Positions 37,756-49,933 of a stretch of DNA of 64,000 nucleotides are shown here, piece after piece. The stretch's first letter is position 1. Every line of letters begins with the position of its first letter. Source of the DNA: Bispira polyomma (Eukaryota); assembly GCA_965649765.1 (NCBI GenBank), contig OZ287751.1, positions 59,768,001 through 59,832,000 on the forward strand. Direction: 5' to 3'. The notes under the pieces are model-generated. The model had not been told where the DNA came from, did not search any database, and was given only the letters and a program-made list of their open reading frames with translations. The position numbers and the translations under genes were made by a program.

Positions 37756-40188
37756 AATTGCAATATTTATTAAACTTAGTCTCACAAAAAAAGCTAGGAT
37801 GAATCTAGTGAAAAATAAGAGTCCCGTCTGTCTTTTATACAATCCGCAATCCGATTTTCCCCCAAGTGATCGCTTTCACTCCCGAGTTATCTTTTGTTCT
37901 GCCCGACCTATCGTTAGTCTTCCTGAGCTATCTTTACAGTTGGGGCTTCCTAACAATTTAAGATAACTTGTTAGCAGCTTACGATTGACCCTCATTGACC
38001 ACGACCTATCGGCTGGAGGTCATCCAATCACAGATGTTTTCTAACATGTTAGCTAATTTGCACGAGTGACCAAGAGTATCCCGAGTGAACACGATAAGTC
38101 AGAACAACTCACCAATTGTCCCGAATATTGTCCCGATAAGCTCCCTATTGTATAATTTTGTTAGAGTTTCTAATGAAGTGAATAATAAAAGTAAAAAAAC
38201 TTGTGTGGTGTGCATATAAGCAAATGATATGACTTAAGAAGATAAAACGCACAATACCTCAGGCCTAAACATATAAATACCATTAACCTGTTCAATTTTG
38301 TAGGAGGAAGTTAATAAATTATATCTATATATATACACATACCAATAGGTTTATTATAGTATTTTTAACACATAATTTTATGATGTAATAAATAAACTGG
38401 CTAGTGCTGTAAAACTTCCTTGAATGTATATTGAACTCATCAAATTACTTCTCTGTACTCTAGTGAATCCAAAAATAATATTCCTTCAGAACTACACATT
38501 GCACAATGAAACACACTGATGTGGCACTGTGTGGTTTCAACTTTTACTAATAAAGAGTCCCTTCAAAATGGCTCTCAGTTGTGTTTATCCCTAGTTTCCT
38601 CAATGCCACCACCGTATTGTCTTTCTTGAATATTTCCTTTCATATTATCTGGCAGTTATTATCTTAATTATGCCAGTTATATTAACCAGGAGTGGGAATT
38701 TCTTGGATTTGAATTTTGACTTACTTAAAGGTCAGATGACCCTGGCGGTGGAATAGTGCTTTTCACCGTGTTTTCCACGAAAATATTTGCCATAGCTTAA
38801 TGAAATTTACATGTACGTTGCTAAGGCAATTTTCTGGATGTGAGGCACTTCAGAATTTTATTGGTATTCTACTTTTTGATTCGATGTAGGATGTGAAGTT
38901 TTCACTGTTTTCACTGTACTTAATGAGTACTGAGTATCTAAAATGAGTAGGTTGCTCTATTTTGCTCTATCTTGCCCTTTATTAACTTTTCTTTTGAAGT
39001 ACTTGTCATAGTTCAATGCTATTTGGCATGCACATTGCAAATACAAAAGCCGAGACGTCTGCAAATATTAAGATTAATCGGGTAATAATTGACTGATCGA
39101 CAATCAATCCTACAAAATGGGAAAAAAATTGTTGATGGGTGCTATTTTAGGCGGGTGATGATTTTCATGTATTTAAATAGTACAAACAACCAGTGTTAAT
39201 ATCTGTCGGTTTATTAAACTGACCATTTCAATCCATCACAGTTGTTTCCTTTTTTGTTATATAATCTGCTCTAAAATGTATCAACTCTTTAAACGTTGTA
39301 TCATTAACATAATAATAGAACTTGTCTCACTTTTGGGAAATGTTAAGTGTGCAATTTATATATTATGCATTTAAACAGTAGTGTATGTATAGATGCATGA
39401 TAATAACTTATTTTTATTATAATTGAAGTTACAAATAAACTGATTTGGTGCCTCTAATCAAGGACATATAAAATCAATGCATTGTAGTTTATCAGAGGGC
39501 AGGTCATATGAGTTAAAAATAATATCAAAAAGACAATCGTTTAAAAATAAGCAATATCCTAGTACATCCCAAACAAATTTTATAAATCAAATATTTGAAA
39601 AAATCATCATGTGAAGATTACAATGGTTCAGACCATTCCATTGAGCACCTTTGAATAAGTCATTCAACGACTTAAACTTTTTACAGGAAAGATTAGGAAA
39701 CGTTAAGATCTAAAGATTGTACGGAGCAGCAGGAAATCTAACTATTTTCATCCTTTGGTCTGTACAATTTTGTCATAAAATACAGTAAGGGGTCACTGTA
39801 AAAAGACATATTGTGTGTTGTTATCAAAATGTTTTTTACAATGTACACTATATTGTTACTCGAGCAGCCCAAATTTCATGGATTGGTAATGTGTTTCTGG
39901 ATACTCCACAAAAACACACACATATATTAATATCTCTAAAAATAAAAATATACTTGACAATGAGTTCACATGTTATTATAATAGTGTTGTTAATAGTACT
40001 AATGATATATTAGTGACCTTATTTGTATTGGAACACTATTTAGGTTTCAAAAGTTATAGATATTTTTTAACTTAGTATCATCAATTTAAATTAGAATAAC
40101 ACAAATTTTATTATACCTGATACTAACAAAAATAATCAAATTAATATGATCAGAATTAATGTTCTATAATTTAGTGCTGACTACTTAC

Positions 40189-40401
40189 ATACAGTGAGGT
40201 GTAGGTCTTGTTATAAAATGGAAATGCCACTTTGATAGCAATGGGTCCTCTGTAGGTGCTCACAGTATCCCAAGAGGTGTAGTTGAGTTCAGTGTCCCCT
40301 TCCTCCAAACCAAAGGGGTAAAAGAAGTGAGGCACAGCTTCAGTACTACATGACAAACTGCACAAAAACAGCAGAGAAAGTAACACTCTCCCCAGCTCCA
40401 T
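40189..40401 (-). CDS. Copy A exon 1: signal peptide and start of the NIDO-associated region
   Basis: MELGRVLLSLLFLCSLSCSTEA, then FYPFG..GD..FPFYNKTYTSLY; donor gtaagt. Confidence 0.85.
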
Positions 40402-41224
40402 GACTGTGTCAATGCTGGATACTATCACTGTTACTATTCACAAAGTCCCTCATAAAGTCCCTGATAAATCCTCAGTCAAAATAGAGCTCTCTTATACATG
40501 AATTACAATAACCAAGCCAAAACACCTCTCTAAAAAGTCCTCCACAAAATATATCTGGTTTCTATATGACGAAAAAGATCTTACTGAAAGAAGTTATTTG
40601 CATATGTACATATATGTAATGTATGTTATCATTTCCTTATTTACTAGTAATATGTGAATTGATTTGGGATCATAACCAGAAAGGATATTGTATTGTGCAA
40701 TTCTCTACCACCTTTACACATTTCCTTTATGTACGTTTATGGCCCCTTCCCACATAGGCAAAGGGCTCTCCTCATAGTCCTTTTGGTGTCTCCTATATTT
40801 CTTTTAGTGTCTCTTTGTAGTCTCTTTGATGTCTCCAGTAATCGCTGCCACTTTTTTTAAAATTTTATTACATGTAATACATAAAATGCGATATATAAAC
40901 AGATGAGACAAAATGACATGATAAAAAGGACAAAGTGGACATCAGACAAAGGGTACATTATACCAATTAGAAGATAAAAACAAAACCCAACACAAGACTG
41001 GGAATACACATACAATACATACAACTAGTGATACTAGTAGAGCTGCCTTAGTGTTATTATCATCCTTATTATGTTTCCCTTAATATTTTTCTAAAGGATT
41101 CCTTAAAAGTGGTCTCTTTTCCTTTTAATCTGTCGAGGTATTTTATCGTTATGAGTTTATATTGTAATTGTAGTAAAAAGTCTGATATTGTAAGTGTTTT
41201 CTTATTCACCACCAACAGAATTTT

Positions 41225-41400
41225 AAAATTATGGCGTGTCATTGCATTTATTGTCTTATATTGTTGCCAAACGAATGAAAGTAGATGATACAAAATTATG
41301 GTGTGTCATTGCATTCATTGTCTTCTATTGTCCCCAAATGAATTAAAGTAGGTGATACAAAATTATTGTCTTACATTGTCGCCAAATGAGTAGGTGACGC
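41225..41400 (+). repeat. 67-bp tandem repeat, about 2.5 copies, probably inside a degenerate MITE starting near 40741
   Basis: aaaattat(g)..tgtc..ccaaa.gaat.aaagtag.tgatac at 41225, 41292 and 41359. Confidence 0.7.
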
Positions 41401-44387
41401 TAAGGTGACAAGGAGGCAACAGTAGAAGACAAGCAGGAAACACGAAAGAGACAATGAAGCGAATACAAGATAAAACAGATTTTATAAGGGATGATGGTTT
41501 TGAATTTACTAACAAAGTGTAAACTAAATACGACATCAAGGAGACAGGTAGGTGACCACTTGGAGACAACAGGAGGACAAGGGAACAACAATTATTTAAT
41601 TAGTGACCCTGGTGGATGGCTTCAGGTGACAAGCTCACAAACAATGCACCTTTAAGAAAACAAAGAGATGACACTCAGGTGACATGGTGACAGCCAGGCA
41701 ACACCATTGAGCCTTTGTTGAGCCATTTTGCTGACTCTAGCCATGTTTGTCTCCAGCAATCATCATTCGATTCTAACTTCTTGTGGACCAAACACTGTGT
41801 CCTGAGTGACAGCAGCTCCTCCTCTAAGTAGCAGCCTAAGTCCCTCAGCAATAGCAGCCCCTCCATCAGCACCATTTTCAAGCCACATCCCGACCTGTCA
41901 CCCCATCCCAGGAAACCAAGAACCACAATATCTAACCCTCTTAAATTTTCTGGCCCTGTTTTTCCATGCCCCAAAGAGTGAATTCCAATATACCCGGAAC
42001 CTTGAACCAGTCAACATACCCTTCTGACCTCCAGAGCCAGTCTACATCCATTGTGAAAACCAGCTTTGTCTGAGCCAATAGATTATAGAGTATCTCGGAC
42101 CAGGACCCAGCCGTATTATGTTTAATAATTTTTATGGTGAATAACTATTTCATAATGAATTCAAATTTAAAAATAAACCGCTGTTAGCCGCAAATTACGA
42201 GTTAGCGTCCATCTGTCATTCACAATTTGTATTTATGTCTTATCACTATCATGAGGCAGCCACAATTTGCCATATCTCACCATTTATCATATCATTGTCC
42301 TATCTTTTTCCCACAATGGTCTGTCCCATCTCTATCTCGTAAACCTCATCTGACTGTCTCAACGATGGAGTGGTGAGGGTTTTTTCTTGATTCTTACAGG
42401 CAAATAGGCACAAACATTGAGGACAATCGTCAACTTTAGTGCATTTTTGTCACTCGTGGGACGCTGGCTTATTAAGACAGCTAGAATTACATCAATGTAG
42501 TATGAAGTAATATAAGGATATTTTACTTAAAAGAAGAAACAAGAGAAAACATAGATGAGAAGGTTTTGTTCAACAGGAACCTTCTGTTTACAATTGAAGA
42601 AAAATCAGAACATCAGAACTATTGCTACTTCATTTTGCTTCCGTCCTGAAAAAGTCGAAATGACTCAGGAAGAACAATTGTTGAAACATATAGATAGCAG
42701 ATAAAGTTTATTAGAACATTAGAAAAAACATGGAATGACAGGACACATAGTATGATCCAGAGTAAAGTGGCTACAATCAAGTGAGAAACCATTTAAGTAA
42801 GTCCTGAAATCGTAAAAGCTTTAAAATGTCTTCAAAAAGCTGGTATTTTAAACAAGTTAAATAAGTTTATGCTTAACTGTTTAATAGTAAAGATGCAGGT
42901 ATACCAGATATGAACCTTTAAGAAATTTTTGAAAACCACTTTGTCATGAAACTAGCTAAACCTTAAGCTTTGTCCCTTAGAGGAGCTTTGACTATGATTG
43001 ATAAATCTGATTGAAGTGCTCACTAAAAAATAATGTGTTCATGGATATAATAAATGCGTGCAAATTTTTTTCATTGCTTACCTACTGTCTATGTAGAGGT
43101 TACATTCGAAGACCAAGTGGGTAATAGTTTCATTTATATACACCACACTGCACAGGTTATTGTGTATAACAGGTAAGTTGTTCATCAGATGATCGTTCAG
43201 TGGACTGCATTGCATTCACAGCCTTAAGTAAATTAGATTTCGAAATTGATCAACTTAAAAGGTTAATTTTTTTTACCTTAGTTCATAATTTTCATCCTTT
43301 TTAAAGTCAGCAAAAAGACAAGATTTGAAAGAAGAAAGGAAAAATCTTCAGCAGAATCATTAATTTTTTCCAAATAGGGATAGCTCTACAACATAGTCTT
43401 CGTCGGCATCAGTAGGCAATAGCATGTTCACATCTTGCCCAAGGATGTTGTCCTACCAAGGAACCTAGTGACACCAGTAGGAATCAAACCAGGACCTTCT
43501 CATCATCAGACCAAAATCTCGAACTTCTAGGTCACATAATCTACTCACTTTTAAGGTTATAAATTCAGGTCAACCTCCCTACCTCCACTTCCTTATTCAG
43601 TCTATTAATCTCACACATGATTACTCCACCCGACCACATAGACATGCTGGAAGACGCAGTTACCAAGTTGCTCCATATGAGTGGAATAGGGTGCCAACTG
43701 AGATTAGATCCCAAACAGATATTTATCAAACCAGGAGCAAACTTAAGACACTTCCACCAAGTTGCTGAGCAAACTCAAGACATATCGGTTCTGACTGGCT
43801 TTTCCCCCAATTTAGCCAATCTCTTCTATGGATGCTTTTCTGGCCGAACCCATTTCTATCCTCCGACTAACCATTTGAACAACCAGTGCCTTAGAATATT
43901 TTAAATATCAATTTGGTGCTATATAAATTTTTCTATTCTAATTAAGACTTTGATGTGATGTACCACAGTAGCAGAACATTGTAGCAGTATAGGTAACCAA
44001 ACCTACTATATTATGACGTTGCTGTGACGTGCACTGTAGTAGATGCAAAGAAAGAAAATGATAGTACCGCAGTCAAAATGAAACGTAAGAACTTTCCATT
44101 AATAACACAAATAGTTCTAGTTATAACACATTTATTTTAAAATATTATTCAGTATTTTATAAATTGTAGTTTAGTAACTTGGATAACACACAGTTTTCAG
44201 TAAACAACAGTTCTAGCTACAACACCTTTATTCTGTGTTAATGTTGAATACGCAATGACAAAATATACAAGTTCAACCTGAAACGTCAATCCCCCACAAG
44301 AGGAAATAGTGATATAATAAGACTAAACAGTCACTCCCATATTTTGGCATGTCCTATATTGTTTACCTTAGTAACCTGATACAAAGC

Positions 44388-44668
44388 TTATATATTTAAT
44401 AATTTTGACATGTGAACTTGTGTATTTGATCATGTGTATGAATTTGAGTTATAATGACATTGTATAACCATGTGTACCATGTTTGAGATATGTAACTATA
44501 ATTATAGTCATATATACAGTATTAGAGAACATACATATATATTTAATAATTTTGTGTATTTAATCATTTATATGAATTTGAGTTATAATGACATTGTATA
44601 GCCATGCGTACCTTGAGATGTGTTAATATATTAGTCATACATACAACATTAGAGAACATACATATATG
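44388..44668 (+). repeat. Imperfect ~140-bp tandem duplication
   Basis: tgaatttgagttataatgacattgtata and attagagaacatacatatat each occur twice. Confidence 0.7.
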
Positions 44669-44863
44669 TATATGTAATAAACAGTATTCGCATGTCAGAT
44701 ATTTTTAAACTGGTGGGGAGGGGACAGTTCATCATGTACATTTTAGACAACCGTTTTTACAATATAGACATCATGTACTTAGTTGCCGAATACTGAACAT
44801 AAAATGAGTGGTGTAATTATAGCAGTTCCCTATGTTAGTGGAAAGAAGAAAAGTGCTAAATCC

Positions 44864-45978
44864 TTATATGAGGAAAATGAACAAGAATGAATAAAGTTCT
44901 ATTTGCGTTTTATTTTCTATACATGTTAGTTGGTATGTACAGGTTAAAAGGATATTTAAAATATTATAAAAGGATATTTTAAAATTGAGCCCAAACCCCA
45001 ACTCCAAGGAGGAAGGGACAATGGTGACAAAAGTGGAAGGAACTATAGCAGCAGCTTGGGATGTGGATTGCAAATATGTCCACACTGAGGAACTACGCCA
45101 TAGGCCGTGTGACATAATGTTTTGGAGTGACACATTGTTATTAAAAGCTGCTGTGGCGCCCAATCTGCGAAAGGTATGGAAGCCATGGAATGAAGGATCA
45201 ATTCCAAGGTGCTGAAGAATTTGTCTGAGTGCAGAACGGACATGACAATCCACTATTGGGTGATGTGGTAATGTGGCAGAAGTGAATAGAGGAGCAAAAG
45301 GGGAAGAATGTCTAGCCTTCATAAGTGTGCGCAGAGCCTTGGCCGGACACATGTGTGCCACCGAAATTGTTGGAAGTTGAATAATATGTGATGTACTTCT
45401 GTCTTGGAGGTTTTTGGCCCATTTGATGATAATATGGGCACCTGGGGAACCAAAAATCACATCTTGTTGTAACAAGTGCCTAGTAGGATCAAATTTGGAC
45501 CTAGAGTGAGGTGCAATATTGGACATTCTTAGGAAGCCATAGAATGCGACCAAGAATATAGATCTATACAAAACAGGATCTGGTAATATTTCACATGCTT
45601 GTGATATGAGAGAAATGTGTTTGATGGTAAAAACCCCTTTTGGTGAAGGTCTAAACTGCGAATTATGTGTAAGGCTTCTGATAAACAGTGAAATAGCATT
45701 GTGATGTAATATGTCAGGGAGTATGTTGTATTTCTGAGTCATGAGCTTTAGTGCTGCCAAATAGTTCTTTACTACTTTTGGTGACAGATTGTTCTGTACT
45801 AGATATTCCATAAATGCCAGAATTGAATGAATGGATATTTCTTGAATCTTGACATATTGAAGAAACGCCAGAAATGTTCTAAACTGTGAAGTATAGGCTG
45901 AGATTGTTGAAGGCCTGAGTGCTGACTGTAGTCTTTGAATGGCAGCGTTCCCCAGAGAAGAAGATGCTACTGTGGAAC
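44864..45978 (-). pseudogene. Tyrosine recombinase of element 3 (one frameshift near 45830; the original stop may be lost)
   Basis: SALRPSTISAY N-terminus from the acceptor at 45979; FLRMSN, WAKN, HTFRR, HGLW, VWTY. Confidence 0.92.
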
Positions 45979-45999
45979 CTGAAATTATATATGAGAATC

Positions 46000-48806
46000 T
46001 AAATTATAATATTGAATGGGAACGTGTCTACGTGTGTATTTGTAAAGTGATTGTAATATGTCCTGACTAGGTGGATGGTCAGAATATATACGTGATAAAG
46101 CATTCAGCGTGTACGTTACCCTTACCCCTTATATGTTGCATATTTATAGTTATGTTGTGTGTGGCACTAATTAGCCAGATGTTTCTGATGCAAGCAGCTA
46201 AGAAAAGATCTTTGGTCTTTCCGGTCTGCACGACCAGTACAACCGCCATATTATCACAGTTAATGGTAACTTGGTGGTGCTCCTAGTCCTTACCCCAGAC
46301 CCTTAAGGCTATGACTAGGTTAAGCATTTCTAACTGAGTGATAGCTAATTTCTGGTCGTAGATGTCTAAGACTGGATTAAAGTAAACTTCTTGTTCCCAT
46401 ATAGCACCCATGCCTGTAAGGCATGCATCCAAATGAAATTCGTCATTTGCCCTTATGTTCTGTGGGTTATAATATGTAATGCCATTGTAAGTGGGTAAGA
46501 ACTGTATAAACCAGTCGAGGTCTTTCTTTATGTTATCTGTAACCTTAAAACGTTTTGCATTGGGAGCAGCCCTAAATACTGACAGTAGTCTATTTATGAA
46601 ACACCTTGCAGGCTTCACACATTTGTGAACATAAAGGAGCTTACCTAAGGCTGACTGGAGTCGTGTACGTGAGAGCCAGCTTTTAGTACGTGCTTCAATG
46701 CATTCTGCATATATCTGTTCTATTTTTTCTTCAGTGATACTTATTGTATTTGTCTCAATGTTAATATCTATGCCTAGGTATGTAGCCTATGTAGCAGGTA
46801 GAGATATCTTACTTGAATTCATAGGAAGACCTAGGTCATTCAAAAGAGCGCACAATTTTTGGAAAACTTCATCTGCTTTGTCTCTAGGACAAGCGCATAG
46901 GTAGTCGTCTATATAACAATGTAATGTGTAGCCTAATGTTTTCATGTGGTCAGCTATGACGTCAGAGCAGCGCCCAGCCAAACGCTACCGCACCGTCCAA
47001 GTAATATTTGTCTTTCCACTTAATGCCAAATTTTAATGCGTCCACAGGGTCGATGCGCAAATTTCAAAACGCCCTTGTGACGTCGACCTTGAACAATAGA
47101 GGATCATCTAAATCAGTTATAGCTTTGGTTACGTCATCTATGTTTGGAAATTTTAAAACAAAATCTATATTATCAAAATCTTTCAAGACATGAGAGTTCA
47201 CAGATGCACCTTGTGGGTATGATAAGTTCAGTATGACTCGCCTGTCACAGACGTCCTTATGTCTAGTAAGGAGAGGAGACCAGTGATAGCGTGCACTTGG
47301 TATGTTGGAGACAGGGCCTAACATTGCACCTTTAGTTTTTTCTTTGTGTAAGTATTTCTCAACTGCCTCTGTGTATTGAAGTGCAGAGTGATGATTTGTT
47401 ATATTAGTTTCCTTCAAGATATGTGAATTATCAAGGGATAAAGGAAAACCAAACTTAAGGTACTGGCAGAGGAGTTGGTCTGGGTGATTCTTTGTAATAT
47501 TTTCCCATGCTTTTATATTTAAGCCACAAGTGATGGGGATTCTGGCCTGCCTATAATTGGGGACCCCTGTTTCCCTTATAATATCTGCTAAGTGACACAG
47601 TGGGAATTGAATCAACTGTGACCGAATCCCTGCAGGTCCAGTGAACTGAAAAGTTCTGTTTGAAATTTTTATAAAACCTATGGTTTTATTAGGCTCAGAA
47701 ATATCCTTAATCTGAGTGGTTTCTCGAGAAGAATTAGAAACTAAGTGGGCATCCTTTGACTCGATTGCGACGCATTTCGTGTTGATGGACGAATGCCCCA
47801 ATATATCTATACTCTGGTATTTGCTTGTCTTCCCAGGTAATGTAATTTTATTATTGTTGTTGACAGCACAATCATTACTGCTATCAGTGATATATTTGCT
47901 TGACTTCAAAGGCACCTTGCCTTTACTGGTATTGTAAGCATCATTTTTAATAATATTATCAATAACATTTTGCATGAATTTAGTATAGTCAAGTCCATAA
48001 AGATTGTAACACTTCATGTCTCTACTGTGGTTTTCGTGCGCTAATTTTGCTTGATTAATCTGAGTTCTGTTAAGCCTTTGTGTTTTTATCAACTCGTAGC
48101 TTATGTTTACTCTAGAATCAATGGTGTGTAACACACTAAAAGGTAAACTGGGAATGTCCCCCAAAGGTATATATATATCATTGGTAAAATGATCCAACTT
48201 CCTGACACAGTAGAAACCTGACATGTTTACATCATCTGGAATTTGTAAGTACACCACTGGTTCTTGATAACCCCAGCAGTTAACGTACTGAAAATCCATA
48301 ACTGACATTTTGCAAGCTAAGTTCCATGCAGAATAATACATGGGTACATTATTATAAAGCCCGTTATTTCCCTCTATTTCCTGAGAATTATAACGTCCCC
48401 AATTTCTGTGTGCATTATGAAACTGTGAATCATTACCCTGCTTTGCAAAGTTGTCAGTATGGCAGCAATCTATATCACCTCCCATAAATGGTGAGTTGAT
48501 ATCATCCGTAATATTGTATGCATTACCCAAATGCCCACTATCAGTCTGTTCGTGATTGTCTATTTCAGTTACATGAGAAACGTTGTTATTATTCTCATTA
48601 AATTTACACATGTCTATGTTAACGTCTTTTATGTCTTTAAAATTATGAAATTGATTATTACCAGATTGTTCATCAGTATTTAATTTAACTACATGAGACA
48701 TGTTGTTATTGTCTCCATTCAAATTAATACTTTTAAAATCTACGTCTCTTATGTCTCTGTTACCATTAACTTTACTGACAGCTGTATCTGGTCGATGACC
48801 TCCGTC
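46000..48806 (-). pseudogene. pol (long Asn-rich leader, RT, RNase H) of element 3, several frameshifts
   Basis: FGFPL, SPLLTRHK..RRVILNLSYP, KVDVTRAF, HCYIDDYL, LDACLTGMG, LEMLNLVIAL. Confidence 0.9.
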
Positions 48807-49933
48807 CTAGCTGCTAGGTTTGGCGTTGGCACTGTTGGCTTTCAGGCATTTAAATTCGGAGTGATTACTTTCTTTACTCAATACCTTGAAACAATATGAG
48901 CAGTGATGCCTATACTGGCTATGGTCACCATCATGACTGCATGACCCACTGTTGAAATACTTGCATATAACCTTGTGTGTGTGATCCTGAGAATGCACCT
49001 TCTGACCTTTATGTTGATTCTGAGATGTAGCGTGGTATTCGCGAGTGCCATCTGGGACATGCTGAGGCGGTTAAGCGCCCACTGCGTCTGGTTGGACCAG
49101 TCCAGCCTACCTTCCTCGATGTCCTGCATGTTGTGTCCCCATGCTGCGCAAACTGCTGGCCAAGGGAGAGCGTGCGAATCACATAACGAGTGAATCATCT
49201 GGTTTAACATACCTTTCATAATGGTGAGGTCAGTCGTCTGTACTGCATTAGTTAACTGGCCTGCTGCCCATTGAGATAAAGACAGTTCATCGAATTGGGT
49301 TTTCTTACGTGCTGTGCCCCCGATCCAACCCTCATTGGGCCACTTAAATTGGGGTTCAGCCATGCAAACGTCTGTAGTGTTATATCTTCCCGACTTTAGC
49401 CTAGAGTGCGGCTTACCTTGTGCCAGGTCCTGGTGGTATCGCGCATCATATGCTGCCAATCTGAGGTTCACTGCTGAATTCACATCTGGAAGATTTCGTA
49501 GAACATCCACGCATGGTACAATCCCGTCCCTCTGGTAGTCTTGGCCTACTGCCGTTCCCAAACGCTGAAGTAACGTTGGCTGAACCATCGGGTTAGTGAA
49601 GCCGGCTCCCACCTGTGTGTGCATGTTCTGTCTGTGCAGGTCTACGATGGACTCGTTCAGTGGCATGCCCAGTGATGCGAGTGGGGTAGAATTACCTCTG
49701 GCCTCAACCTGGTCGAGTCGCCGGTGGATTTCGAGATTAGCTGACTCCAAACGCTGGAAAATAGCCATCATGGCATTGTCCGAACTGTTACTGTGGACTT
49801 CAGATAACGGTATCTGCAAATTTTTCACTATTGGATCTGTATGACCTGATACTGCACCTTTCTTTCTGTTGTTAACCGTCTTGCTCTTGGATGGAACACT
49901 AGCCGGTGTTTTAGTGCTTTTGGTACGTCCCAT
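48807..49933 (-). pseudogene. gag-like ORF1 of element 3 (one frameshift near 49020)
   Basis: Basic N-terminus, coiled coil, KSGRY..KWPNE..FDELSLSQW; finger CKYFNSGSC..H..HHCSYC..HSEFKC. Confidence 0.85.

Larger units (their letters stand above)
13306..40401 (-). pseudogene. Copy A: NIDO-VWD-EGFx8-TSP1 type-I membrane protein gene (VWDE-like), 26 exons, two disabling lesions
   Basis: GT-AG exons with consistent phases: 40189-40401, 30488-30784, 29925-30035, 29524-29686, 28364-28411, 27985-28226, 27646-27735, 26308-26455, 25609-25877, 24975-25057, 24048-24114, 23412-23612, 22576-22790, 21926-22391, 21469-21694, 20525-20685, 19931-20152, 19262-19376, 17523-18839, 16760-16821, 16137-16249, 15653-15742, 15241-15382, 14744-14898, 14084-14212, 13306-13607; about 1,880 aa. 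In-frame TAA at 28114-28116; +1 frameshift giving TAG at 14185-14187. Confidence 0.8.

Noticed and set aside
38725-39520. Kolobok-like MITE starting ttaaagg (similar start at 26951, shared taaactgaccatttcaatcca)
   Set aside because: No matching right TIR or second TTAA could be found, so it is left as an unclassified repeat.
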